Positions 37,781 to 46,860 of a stretch of DNA of 55,536 bases are shown here, piece after piece. A program made the translations under genes and the position numbers. The notes below the pieces were generated by a model. That model did no database searches. It was not told where the DNA came from and saw only the letters and a list, made by a program, of their open reading frames with translations. This stretch comes from Gammaproteobacteria bacterium (lineage in GTDB: Bacteria; Pseudomonadota; Gammaproteobacteria; Burkholderiales; SHXO01), in contig JBGPPC010000002.1 of NCBI GenBank assembly GCA_041488355.1, positions 1-55,536 on the forward strand. The letters run 5' to 3'. Position 1 is the stretch's first letter; every line of letters begins with the position of its first letter.

Positions 37781-37825
37781 CGGGCAGCGTGCTAGCTTGT
37801 TGAGTTTAGTTTGAGTATCACGCGG

Positions 37826-37854
37826 CAAAAATGACAAGGCCGGCGAAGCCGGCC
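37826..37854 (-). terminator. Hairpin terminator after the minus-strand cytochrome c pair
   Basis: GGCCGGC-GAA-GCCGGCC stem-loop. On the minus strand it is followed by TTGTCATTTTTG. Confidence 0.55.
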
Positions 37855-37882
37855 CACTGTTTGCGGAAGGTGCCGCCTCTTT

Positions 37883-38206
37883 CTAATACTTGGTGACCAA
37901 GCCGGTCTGCCGCGAGAAATACCAGGCTACGTCCTTGATCTCTTTATCGGTGAGCGGCTTGGCCATTGGGCTCATCATGGCATTCTCACGCGCACCAGAC
38001 CTGTAGGCCTTCAGGGAGTGCTCCAGATAATCGTAGTGCTGACCGCCCAGACGCGGGATGTCGGGTGTGATCGGCTTGTTGCCATCGGCGCCGTGGCAGG
38101 CGCTGCAGGCCGTCGCCTTTTCTTTGCCTGCTTCATAGTCTCCCGCGAGCACCGGAGCGCTGGCGGCAAACATCAAACAGGCACTACTCACAATCAGCTT
38201 GTTCAT
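37883..38206 (-). CDS. Monoheme class I cytochrome c (periplasmic)
   Basis: Start at MNKLIVSSACLMFAASAPVLA (signal peptide). CSACHG heme motif and a distal Met region MMSPM. Confidence 0.8.
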   Translation of the reverse strand: MNKLIVSSACLMFAASAPVLAGDYEAGKEKATACSACHGADGNKPITPDIPRLGGQHYDYLEHSLKAYRSGARENAMMSPMAKPLTDKEIKDVAWYFSRQTGLVTKY

Positions 38207-38234
38207 CGTGCGCGCTCGGTCGAGGGTTTCCGAA

Positions 38235-38573
38235 TCACTTCCCATCGCCGCTGCCGGCATAGTAGGCCGCGATGTCTGCCATGTCCTGTTCGCTGAGCCT
38301 GGCCGCGATCGCACCCATGGTGGTGTTCTTGCGAGCGCCGGCCTTGTAGTCCTGTAACGCCTTGACGATGTAACCGGCACTCTGGCCGCCGAGTTTCGGT
38401 ACGGAATACACCTCGGGGTAAGCGGTGCGGTAGTCGGGGATGCCATGGCATCCCTCGCACGTCCATGTCTTCTGCTTACCGGCGGCCGCATCACCCTCCG
38501 CCCAGACCGATGCGGAAACCAGTGCAAAGAATGCCGACGCGCAGACCAGCGAAGTTATGCGATATAAGTTCAT
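38235..38573 (-). CDS. Monoheme class I cytochrome c (periplasmic)
   Basis: Start at MNLYRITSLVCASAFFALVSASVWA. CEGCHG heme motif. Confidence 0.8.
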   Translation of the reverse strand: MNLYRITSLVCASAFFALVSASVWAEGDAAAGKQKTWTCEGCHGIPDYRTAYPEVYSVPKLGGQSAGYIVKALQDYKAGARKNTTMGAIAARLSEQDMADIAAYYAGSGDGK

Positions 38574-38741
38574 CGTGGACTTCTCAAAGGCAGACGGTCC
38601 AGCCACAGCGTCGTGCTGCTCTAGGCCTCGAATCCAGCGCGAACTCTATCGGATAGGCGCGGGCCGGTCAATCCGCAGTACTGACCGCACCCGCGCGTGC
38701 AATAGGCCAATCCGGTCGCCGTGAGGCTTGCGGCACCGGAC

Positions 38742-39722
38742 TCACTCCTCCCATTCCAGCTCGGTGTAGGCAGCGGTCACGTTGCGGCGATGGAACTCCT
38801 CGAAGTCGACCCAGTTCTTCTCCTCAGACAGCCCGACCGTGTCGACGGCATCCTCGATCGTCTTGAGTTGCTTCAGCGCCAGGCGCGTCTGATCCCGTAT
38901 CAGCGTGAGATAACGGCGTTCCGGTTCGAGCGCCTGCCGCCAAGGAAGGTCGGCGCGACCGTGGCCGGCGACAAAGCGCATGACCGGGAGCGTGCGCATC
39001 TCGTCACTCACCGCAATGAAACCGGTGAGGCTGCCGTCCAGCACCGGCGTGTGCTGCAGGAACAACAGGTCGGATGCCCACAGGGTACCGGTCTGTTCGT
39101 CGAAAACGGTCAGGTCGTTGTCGGTGTGCGCAACGGGCCAGGCGCGCAGTGCAACGGTGCGGCCACCGAGATCCAGTCTGAGCTGATCCTCGACCAGCAG
39201 CGTCGGGACGACGACCTTGCTTCCCTCTGACGCCGCGCCCAGGTCGCGCTTGAGCCTGTCCAGGTAGAACCTGCCGCGCTGCTGAAGCGATCGCGGCAGG
39301 TTGTGGTGGCCGACAAAGACCGGCTGCTCCACTTCGAATGCAGCGGCGCCGAATACGTGGTCGGGATGGACGTGGGTAAGGATCACGTAACACACCGGCA
39401 GACTGGTACGCTGGCGCAAGGCGCTCAGTAGCGCCTCTCCGACACGGAACGAGCCGCCAGCATCCACCACGGCGACACAGCGGCTGCCGACAACAAACCC
39501 GATGTTCGCCTGGTCTCCGAGATTTGCAGGGGTGCGCTCCTCCAGCCTTCCGTAGTGGACGAAGTCACCAGGCGCGATCTCCTCCAGATCGAAGGACCGG
39601 GCCTGCTGGGCTGGCGAGAAATCCATCGCCACCACGCAGAGCACTGCGAGCAAGAAAGGGATTACGCGCTTTATGCCCACATGAGCTCGGGTTCCGATGA
39701 TCGGCACTCGAGCATGCCGCAA
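38742..39722 (-). CDS. Periplasmic MBL-fold metallohydrolase, SoxH-like (canonical metal motif)
   Basis: VAVVDAGGS...ILTHVHPDHVFG (HxHxDH), AHTDNDL and VAGHG. A hydrophobic signal-like segment is present. The true start is probably internal. Confidence 0.75.
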   Translation of the reverse strand: MRHARVPIIGTRAHVGIKRVIPFLLAVLCVVAMDFSPAQQARSFDLEEIAPGDFVHYGRLEERTPANLGDQANIGFVVGSRCVAVVDAGGSFRVGEALLSALRQRTSLPVCYVILTHVHPDHVFGAAAFEVEQPVFVGHHNLPRSLQQRGRFYLDRLKRDLGAASEGSKVVVPTLLVEDQLRLDLGGRTVALRAWPVAHTDNDLTVFDEQTGTLWASDLLFLQHTPVLDGSLTGFIAVSDEMRTLPVMRFVAGHGRADLPWRQALEPERRYLTLIRDQTRLALKQLKTIEDAVDTVGLSEEKNWVDFEEFHRRNVTAAYTELEWEE

Positions 39723-39818
39723 GCCATGGCGTGCCGCAATCCGCCATTGCCCGCCGAGGTCAACTCAAGTAACGTTGGGAGCGGGTTAGCGCCAGGTACG
39801 TCCATTCTCTCCCGCTCG

Positions 39819-40739
39819 ATGCCTCACCGCCTCGTCGCCTGTCTGATGCTGGCATTGTCCCCCGCGCTGCAGGCGCACGCGTTGGAGCCTGTGCTCCTGG
39901 CCGAGGACGTCTATGCTTTCATCGGTGATCCGGGTCCAATCGCGGCGGGCAATGGCGGCGTAGGCAATTCTGGCTTCATCGTGGGCAGCTCGGGTGTGAT
40001 CGTCATCGACACCGGCATCTCCTATCGACACGGTCGAGCAATGACGGAGGCGATCCGCCGCATAACCCGCAAGCCGGTTAAGCTGGTGATCATCACGCAC
40101 GCAGTGCAGGAATTCCTGTTCGGCAGCGCTGCGTTCGCCGAGCAGGGAGCGCCCTTGCTCACCCATGCAAGATCAGCGGAGCTGATGCGCAGCCGCTGCG
40201 AGCGATGTCTTGAGAACCTGCGCAACACGCTGGGCGAGGACGCGTTGGCGGGCACCCGACTCGTCATTCCGGGACAGACGATAGAGGGCTCGGTCGCGCT
40301 GGATATCGGGGGTCGCACACTCGACCTGTTGTATTTCGGCTCGGCCAGCACGCCCGGGGACTTGGCGGTGCTGGACCGCAAGAGCGGCGTCCTGTTCGCC
40401 GGCGGCCTCATCGCGGTTGGCCGCATTCCCGAGTTTCGCGATGGCGACCTCCGTGGCTGGCTGCAAGCCCTGGACCAGCTCGCCTTGTCCCCGGCGCGAA
40501 TTTTCGTGCCTGGTCACGGTGCACCCGGGGGCACGGACGCGATCACGGCGACCGCGTCCTATTTGCGTGACTTGGACACGCAAGTGCACGCGCTCTACTC
40601 GGGCGGTGCCAGCCTGATGGAAGCAATGGACAGCGCGGAATTGCCGGGGTATGCAGGCTGGGCACTTTATCCTGGGCTGCACCGCGAGAACGTGCTGCAC
40701 CGCTATCTCCAGCTCGAGATCGAAGAGCTGGGCAACTGA
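39819..40739 (+). CDS. Periplasmic MBL-fold paralogue with a degenerate metal-binding motif
   Basis: Start at MPHRLVACLMLALSPALQAHA. It aligns with the neighbouring MBL, but HVHPDH is replaced by HAVQEF and AHTDND by ASTPGD. Confidence 0.7.
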   Translation: MPHRLVACLMLALSPALQAHALEPVLLAEDVYAFIGDPGPIAAGNGGVGNSGFIVGSSGVIVIDTGISYRHGRAMTEAIRRITRKPVKLVIITHAVQEFLFGSAAFAEQGAPLLTHARSAELMRSRCERCLENLRNTLGEDALAGTRLVIPGQTIEGSVALDIGGRTLDLLYFGSASTPGDLAVLDRKSGVLFAGGLIAVGRIPEFRDGDLRGWLQALDQLALSPARIFVPGHGAPGGTDAITATASYLRDLDTQVHALYSGGASLMEAMDSAELPGYAGWALYPGLHRENVLHRYLQLEIEELGN

Positions 40740-40818
40740 GCCAGAAGCGCGCGTTGTGTGGCGTTTGAGCCAGCGCCTATAATGCCAACCCTTCGCCTCG
40801 AACCGGACGCGCAATCGT

Positions 40819-41385
40819 ATGGGACACCGACTCAGCAAGATCTATACACGGACCGGCGATGGCGGCGAGACCGGGCTGGGCGATGGCTCCCGCGTCGCCA
40901 AGAACAGCTTGCGCGTTGAAGCGATCGGCGCGGTCGACGAGCTGAACAGCTGCGTAGGCATGCTGCTGGCGGAGCCGCTGGACGAAGACTTGCGTTCCGC
41001 GCTGACCGGCGTACAGCACGACCTGTTCGAGCTGGGTGGAGAACTGTCCATCCCCGGGCACGACCGCATCGCGCCCGCGCACGTGCAGCGTCTGGAGCAG
41101 CTCCTCGACCGGCACAACGCCGACCTCGGTCCGCTCAAGGACTTTATCTTGCCTGGCGGCAGCCGCGCCGCGGCGCTCTCCCATCTCGCCCGCGCCGTGT
41201 GCCGTCGCGCCGAGCGACGGCTGGTTGCCGTTGCATCCAGCGGGACCTTCTCCCCGTATGGTATGCAGTACCTGAACCGTTTGTCCGACCTGCTGTTCGT
41301 CCTGAGCCGGGTGCTCAACCGTCGCGGCGGCCACGCCGACGTGCTCTGGCAAAAGGGCCGCAATCCGGCCGACGGCAGCAACTGA
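40819..41385 (+). CDS. ATP:cob(I)alamin adenosyltransferase, PduO type
   Basis: MGHRLSKIYTRTGDGGETGL... is the family N-terminus; 188 aa. Confidence 0.88.
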   Translation: MGHRLSKIYTRTGDGGETGLGDGSRVAKNSLRVEAIGAVDELNSCVGMLLAEPLDEDLRSALTGVQHDLFELGGELSIPGHDRIAPAHVQRLEQLLDRHNADLGPLKDFILPGGSRAAALSHLARAVCRRAERRLVAVASSGTFSPYGMQYLNRLSDLLFVLSRVLNRRGGHADVLWQKGRNPADGSN

Positions 41386-41427
41386 CCGCTGGCGCCAAGC
41401 GCGCGCGAATACCGCACCCGTTTCCTC

Positions 41428-41985
41428 GTGGCTAACCCCGACGCAATCGCCGAGTTGATGGCGCGCTGCGCGCTGCGCGACCAACGCGCCTTTGCGGAGT
41501 TGTACCGCTTGACGTCGGCGAAACTGTACGGTGTTGCGATCCGTATATTGAGAAGGAACGACTGGGCCGAAGAGGTCCTGCAGGAGAGCTTCGTCAATAT
41601 CTGGAACCACATCGTCGAATACAGCGCGGCGCGCAGCGCCCCGATGACCTGGATGACCGCTATCGTGCGCAACCGTTCGCTGGATTGGCTGCGCAGGCCC
41701 AACCTCGAACGGGGGGACGAAGACTATGATCTTCTGGTCGAGTCACTGCCGGACGAAGCGGCCGGCCCCGATATCGTGCTGGGCAATAACCGCGATGGGA
41801 TGGCCCTGGCCGAATGCCTGAAACAACTCAGCGGCGACCAGCGACAGACCATCGTGCTGGCGTATACGCACGGCCTGTCGCATGGGGAGCTGGCCGAACA
41901 TCTCAAGCAGCCGCTGGGCACGGTGAAAACCTGGATACGGCGCGGCCTCGAGCGGCTCAAGGGTTGCATGGAACGCGGCCGTTGA
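41428..41985 (+). CDS. ECF-type RNA polymerase sigma factor
   Basis: Region 2 (AEEVLQESFVNIWNH) and region 4 (LSHGELAEHLKQPLGTVKTWIRRGL). Confidence 0.88.
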   Translation: MANPDAIAELMARCALRDQRAFAELYRLTSAKLYGVAIRILRRNDWAEEVLQESFVNIWNHIVEYSAARSAPMTWMTAIVRNRSLDWLRRPNLERGDEDYDLLVESLPDEAAGPDIVLGNNRDGMALAECLKQLSGDQRQTIVLAYTHGLSHGELAEHLKQPLGTVKTWIRRGLERLKGCMERGR

Positions 41986-41994
41986 CGCAAACGG

Positions 41995-42699
41995 ATGAAA
42001 TATCACAATACACAACTGCGTGAAGCCTTGGCCGCCGAGTATGTGCTCGGCGTGCTCCAAGGCCGCGCACGCCGGCGTTTCGAGAGATCGCTGAAGGACG
42101 ACCCGCCATTGCGCGAGTTGGTTGCGCAGTGGCGCGATCGTCTCGCACCGCTCGACGCGCTGGCCCACCCCGTGCAGCCGCCGACGCGTGTCTGGCACGC
42201 GATCCGCGACCGGGTTCAAGTGGGATCGGGCCGACGAAGCCTCCGGGCCGGTCTGGGCCTGTGGCGCACCGCTGCGCTGATGAGCACGGCCGCGGCTCTA
42301 GCACTGGCTGTGTCGCTTGCAGTGCTCGTACCGGGTCAGCACACGCGCGAGACAATGGTGGTGGTCATGTCGGGGGAAGACGCGAGTCCCGCCATGACCG
42401 TCTCCTGGCCCGTGCAACCCAAGGGCGAGCCCAAACTCCGCATCCGCGTGCTCGGTCATCCGGAGATGCCGGCCGGCACGGCCTGGGAGCTATGGATGCT
42501 GCCTGGGGGCGACCAGAAGCCCGTCTCGCTGGGCCTTATCGGCACCGAGCCCACCCAGGAGCTCACGATCCCGCGCGGGCTTGCTCCGCTTGTCGATCGC
42601 GCCTGGGGACTCGCCATGAGCGTAGAGCCCAGCGGCGGGTCCCCCACTGGATTGCCGACGGGACCAGTGCTGTATAAGGGGCAGTGCACGAAACTGTAG
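41995..42699 (+). CDS. Anti-sigma factor (RskA-like, single TM)
   Basis: Adjacent to the ECF sigma gene. N-terminal AAEYVLGVLQGRARRRFE, a central TM segment, and a C-terminal periplasmic domain. Confidence 0.75.
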   Translation: MKYHNTQLREALAAEYVLGVLQGRARRRFERSLKDDPPLRELVAQWRDRLAPLDALAHPVQPPTRVWHAIRDRVQVGSGRRSLRAGLGLWRTAALMSTAAALALAVSLAVLVPGQHTRETMVVVMSGEDASPAMTVSWPVQPKGEPKLRIRVLGHPEMPAGTAWELWMLPGGDQKPVSLGLIGTEPTQELTIPRGLAPLVDRAWGLAMSVEPSGGSPTGLPTGPVLYKGQCTKL

Positions 42700-42728
42700 C
42701 GAGTGTTGCGGCCGCCGCACGACCCGTC

Positions 42729-43253
42729 TCAGCGCTCCATGTAGTGGAGCAGCGTGGAGCTGGTCTGGCGCAGCCTCTGGGACAGGAGGGTCACCAGCTT
42801 GATGAGAAGCTTGGCGCCCAGCCCAGGCTCTTCCAGGATGATGCGTACCATCGCGTCGCGCGACAGTACAGAGAACGTAGTGGGCTCGACCGCGATGCAC
42901 GTCGCGAAGCGGGGCTCTCCGTCGATCATGGACATCTCGCCGAGCGTCATGCCGGGACCGACGCTGGTCATCGCCTGGATCACGCCGCGTTTATCGGTTT
43001 TGACGATATCGACCTTGCCCTGGATGATCAGCAGCATGTAGTCGTCGATGTCGCCCTCGCGGATGATCATGAGTCCCGGCTCGGCGCGGTATACCTGCAT
43101 GAACCCCGCCAACATCTGCACATCGTCGCGACTGAAATCGGCAAAGAATTTCGAGTGGCCGATCATGTCGAAAATCTGCTGGGCCAGCGCGGTGCCCTCG
43201 CCCAGGTGCTCCAGGTTGTTGAGCAGTGCGTTTTTCGCAGCAATGTCTACCAT
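42729..43253 (-). CDS. Stand-alone cyclic-nucleotide-binding domain protein
   Basis: cNMP phosphate-binding cassette GEMSMIDGEPRFAT; 174 aa. Confidence 0.8.
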   Translation of the reverse strand: MVDIAAKNALLNNLEHLGEGTALAQQIFDMIGHSKFFADFSRDDVQMLAGFMQVYRAEPGLMIIREGDIDDYMLLIIQGKVDIVKTDKRGVIQAMTSVGPGMTLGEMSMIDGEPRFATCIAVEPTTFSVLSRDAMVRIILEEPGLGAKLLIKLVTLLSQRLRQTSSTLLHYMER

Positions 43254-43415
43254 AGGACGTCGGGAGGCCGCGCGGTATCGTGAAGGCGCGACGATTATGC
43301 GTTAAGCGACCGGCACTTGGCAAAAATGGCCCTAGCTAGGGAAGCTCTGATAAAGTCTCGCATGGACGACCTGATCAGAGCTTCCCTAGGTCTTACAAGG
43401 CAGGGAGCGCACCGT

Positions 43416-44534
43416 TCAGGCGAGCTGATGCCGCTTTGCCGCTTCCACTCGCTGCAAATAGGCTTCTCGCGCAATCCCCACGTCCTCGAGGAAATGCGCG
43501 AGCTCGGGCAGCTGCAAAGCCTGGGGCCCATCCACCAGCGCCTTGGGGGGATCCGGGTGAAAATCGATCAATACCATGTTGGCGCCGGCAGCCACCGCCT
43601 GCGCTGTCACGTGCATGAGATCCAGGATGCCGTCTGGCGCACGCGCACGCGAGCCGACCGAGTGGGACGGGTCCACGCAGACAGGCATGCGCGTGAGTCG
43701 CTTGACCACGGGGACGTGAGCAAAGTCGACGAAGTTGCGGTGCGGATCGCCCACGTTCGTCTTCATCCCGCGCAGTCCGAACACCACCTTGCTGTTGCCC
43801 TCGCTCGCCAGGTACTCCGCTGCGTTCAGGGACTCATCCAGCGTGATGCCGAAACCGCGCTTGAGCAGAACGGGAAACTCCTGCTGCCGACCGACCGCCT
43901 TCAGCAGCTCGAAGTTCTGGGTGTTGCGCGTGCCGATCTGCAGCATCGCGCCGGTCGGGCTGCCGGTCTGACGCAACGCTTCGCGGATTTCATCCACGTG
44001 AGACTCGTGCGTGACCTCCATCGCGATGATCTTGATGCCGTGCTTGCCGGCGATGTCGAACACATACCCGAGGCAGGCTCTGCCGTGCCCTTGGAACGAG
44101 TAGGGACTGGTGCGCGGTTTGTAGGCGCCCATGCGGGTACAGGTTTGCCCGTTCTCCTGCAGCGCGCGACACATCAGCTCTACGTGTTGCGGCGTATCCA
44201 CGGCGCATAGCCCGGCAAACACATGCAAGGTGTCTTGGCCAAAGCGCAGCCCCTGATATTCGAAGTAACTGGGCCGGCTGTCATCCTTGTGACGGCCCAG
44301 GATGCGGTATTCCTCGGATACCCTCACCACGTGTTCCACACAGGGCAGGGCCTGCATCTCATCGATCGACAGCTGCTTGGTATCACCGATCAGGTAAACC
44401 TCGGTCACCGCGCGCAGCTCGCCTTCGATGCGGTGCACTTTGACTTCGATGCCGGGAAACAGGCGCAGTGCAGCCATCAGGCGGCCGTACTCGATGCTAC
44501 TCGGGTCGGCTTTGTCGTTGAGGATCAGGATCAC
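43416..44534 (-). CDS. 3-deoxy-7-phosphoheptulonate (DAHP) synthase, class I-beta with an N-terminal regulatory domain
   Basis: GAYKPRTSPYSFQG, LQIGTRN, LLKRG and VDPSH motifs; 372 aa. Confidence 0.88.
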   Translation of the reverse strand: MILILNDKADPSSIEYGRLMAALRLFPGIEVKVHRIEGELRAVTEVYLIGDTKQLSIDEMQALPCVEHVVRVSEEYRILGRHKDDSRPSYFEYQGLRFGQDTLHVFAGLCAVDTPQHVELMCRALQENGQTCTRMGAYKPRTSPYSFQGHGRACLGYVFDIAGKHGIKIIAMEVTHESHVDEIREALRQTGSPTGAMLQIGTRNTQNFELLKAVGRQQEFPVLLKRGFGITLDESLNAAEYLASEGNSKVVFGLRGMKTNVGDPHRNFVDFAHVPVVKRLTRMPVCVDPSHSVGSRARAPDGILDLMHVTAQAVAAGANMVLIDFHPDPPKALVDGPQALQLPELAHFLEDVGIAREAYLQRVEAAKRHQLA

Positions 44535-44721
44535 GGAAGCTCAGCTCGGGACTTTCAACGCGGAAAGACTAGAAAACGATCGACCAACGGCGGATTTTAT
44601 CCCAAAGCCACAGGGGAGCGATGCGATTGACGAGCGGCTGCGTGCCGAGCGACCATCGCATCGTTGAAAACATGGCGCTGCTTCGGTACCTGCAGCTTGT
44701 AGCCGGCGCCAGACTTGCCGC

Positions 44722-45168
44722 ATGCGGGAGCATGACATGACCGATCAGGCCCTCACGCAGCTCTTAGTGCAGCTGTTCGCCGCCATCAAGCTGCTGTCGG
44801 GTTATCCGACGCCGGCCACCTTGCCCGAGATTCACCAATTGCCGCATGCACAGCTGGAGGCGCGCATCTGCGGGGGCGCCTGCAGCGTCAAGGCCTTTTA
44901 CCTCAAAGGTGAGGGGGTTTTCATCGACGAGGCACTCGATGTGCAGCATGACCCGCGCGCGCGCTCTATCCTGCTTCACGAGTTGGTGCACCACGCGCAA
45001 GGGGTCACCGGCAGGTTCGACTCGCTCCCCGACTGCGACGCATGGTACGCGCGGGAGTTCGAGGCCTATCAGATCCAGAACCGGTACCTGCACCAGGAAG
45101 GTTCCAGCGTCGGCTACCACATGGGCGGCTACGTGCACAATTGCGCGGTGGACACGGAGGGCAAATGA
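44722..45168 (+). CDS. Hypothetical protein with an HExxH motif
   Basis: The 148-aa ORF contains SILLHELVHHAQG. The start may be Met at 44737. No other recognisable domain. Confidence 0.5.
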   Translation: MREHDMTDQALTQLLVQLFAAIKLLSGYPTPATLPEIHQLPHAQLEARICGGACSVKAFYLKGEGVFIDEALDVQHDPRARSILLHELVHHAQGVTGRFDSLPDCDAWYAREFEAYQIQNRYLHQEGSSVGYHMGGYVHNCAVDTEGK

Positions 45169-45204
45169 GCCCGCTGGCCAAACCAACCGAGCCGTGGTCG
45201 CCGA

Positions 45205-46662
45205 TCAGCTGGCGGTGCCGCCGACGGTGAGACCGTCGATGCGCAGCGTCGGCTGGCCAACGCCGACCGGCACGCTCTGCCCCTCCTTACCGCAGGTGCC
45301 TACTCCCGGATCAAGCGACATGTCGTTGCCGATCATACTCACCCGGGTAAGTGCATCCGGGCCGTTGCCAATAAGGGTGGCGCCCTTGACCGGATAGGTG
45401 ATGCGACCGTCCTCGATCATGTAGGCCTCGGACGCGGAGAATACGAACTTGCCGCTCACGATGTCCACTTGCCCGCCACCGAAGTTCTTGGCGTAGAGGC
45501 CGCGCTGGACCGAGGCGACGATGTCGTGGGGATCCTTGTCCCCGGCCAACATGTAGGTATTGGTCATGCGCGGCATGGGCACATGCGCGAACGATTCGCG
45601 CCGACCGTTGCCGGTAACCGCCACCCCCATCAATCGCGCATTGAGTGCGTCCTGCATATAGGCCTTGAGCACCCCGTCTTCGATCAACACCGTGCGCTGG
45701 GTCGGGTTGCCCTCGTCGTCGATGTTCAGCGAGCCGCGGCGCCGTTGCAAAGTGCCGTCATCCACCACGGTCACGCCCGGTGCCGCAACCCGCTCGCCAA
45801 TGCGACCAGAGAAAGCGGAGCTGCGCTTGCGGTTGAAGTCGCCTTCCAAGCCATGCCCGATGGCTTCGTGCAGCAGCACGCCCGGCCATCCCGGGCCCAG
45901 GACCACCGTCATGGTGCCCGCCGGGGCTGGCCGCGCGTCCAGGTTGACGATCGCCTGCTCGACCGCCTTCTCCACGTAACCGCGCAACACCTCGTCGGTA
46001 AAATACCCATAATCGAAGCGCCCGCCGCCCCCAGCCGAACCCTGCTCGCGGCGGCCGTTCTCCTCCGCGATCACCTGCACGGACAGGCGTACCAAGGGGC
46101 GCACATCGGCGGCCATCACGCCATCCGAGCGCGCTACCAGCATGACTTCGTACTCTCCCGCGAGGCCGGCGATCACCTGCTTGACGCGTGGGTCGCGGGC
46201 GCGGGCGTGGCGTTCGACGGACTCCAGCAGAGCCACCTTCCTCGGATCCTGCAAGCTCGCCAGCGGATCTTCGGGCAGGTACAGGGTGCGCCCCTCGTTT
46301 CGCCTCGCGACGCGAGTGCGGCCATGCCCGCCCTGGCGAGCGATCGCGCGCGTGGCTTCCGCAGCGGACCGGAGCACTGGCAGGCTGATGTCATCAGAAT
46401 ACGCGAAGGCGGTCTTCTCACCGCTCACCACACGCACGCCCACCCCCTGATCGATGTTGAAGCTGCCGGACTTGACGATGCCTTCTTCCAGACTCCAGCT
46501 CTCGCTGCGGCTGTATTGGAAATATAAGTCGGCGAAGTCCACCTGGTGTGCGAGGATGCGGCCAAACACCTGTGTGAGCCCGCCGGCGTCGAGGCCGTAC
46601 GGCGCCAGCAATGCGCGATCGGCGGTGGCGAAAAGCAGTTCCGTGTTGGTCGGTGCGTTCAT
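45205..46662 (-). CDS. tldD: Metalloprotease TldD
   Basis: 485 aa with the [13 protein letters not shown] active-site motif. Confidence 0.95.
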   Translation of the reverse strand: MNAPTNTELLFATADRALLAPYGLDAGGLTQVFGRILAHQVDFADLYFQYSRSESWSLEEGIVKSGSFNIDQGVGVRVVSGEKTAFAYSDDISLPVLRSAAEATRAIARQGGHGRTRVARRNEGRTLYLPEDPLASLQDPRKVALLESVERHARARDPRVKQVIAGLAGEYEVMLVARSDGVMAADVRPLVRLSVQVIAEENGRREQGSAGGGGRFDYGYFTDEVLRGYVEKAVEQAIVNLDARPAPAGTMTVVLGPGWPGVLLHEAIGHGLEGDFNRKRSSAFSGRIGERVAAPGVTVVDDGTLQRRRGSLNIDDEGNPTQRTVLIEDGVLKAYMQDALNARLMGVAVTGNGRRESFAHVPMPRMTNTYMLAGDKDPHDIVASVQRGLYAKNFGGGQVDIVSGKFVFSASEAYMIEDGRITYPVKGATLIGNGPDALTRVSMIGNDMSLDPGVGTCGKEGQSVPVGVGQPTLRIDGLTVGGTAS

Positions 46663-46666
46663 AAGG

Positions 46667-46725
46667 CCCGTGACTCGTGATTCGTGAAAAGGCGCGTAGT
46701 TCGTGGCTCGCGGTTCGAAATGCGC
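46667..46725. repeat. Degenerate CGTGAYT heptad block, the left arm of an inverted repeat
   Basis: CCCGTGACTCGTGATTCGTGAAAAGG...GGTTCGAAATGCGC is related to the nth-proximal block (37724-37784), which also ends TTCGAAACGCG. Confidence 0.75.
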
Positions 46726-46791
46726 TGGTCCCTACCCTGTAGTCACAATAGCAGGACGGGCCTCGGTACCGCGATATGTGGGCGACGCGGG

Positions 46792-46857
46792 CCATTTACG
46801 AGCCACGAGTCACGGCCGTTCACGGCTTCTCACGGCAATTGACGGCCTCTCACGGCG
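46792..46857. repeat. Right inverted arm plus five units of (G)CCGTGA spaced about 10 bp apart
   Basis: The reverse complement of 46792-46816 is GCCGTGACTCGTGGCTCGTAAATGG, matching 46667-46692 at 20 of 25 positions. TCACGGC-like cores start at 46810, 46820, 46830, 46840 and 46850. Confidence 0.75.
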
Positions 46858-46860
46858 CGT

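Noticed and set aside
40739-40819. A possible cobalamin riboswitch upstream of the adenosyltransferase gene
   Set aside because: The intergenic space is only about 80 bp and no B12-box-like sequence was seen. That is too short for the riboswitch.
40777-41702. Two minus-strand ORFs of 277 aa and 286 aa
   Set aside because: They are antisense to the PduO-type adenosyltransferase and the ECF sigma gene, both of which have clear family signatures.
43317-44210. 297-aa plus-strand ORF
   Set aside because: It is antisense to DAHP synthase.
45469-46527. 352-aa plus-strand ORF
   Set aside because: It is antisense to tldD.
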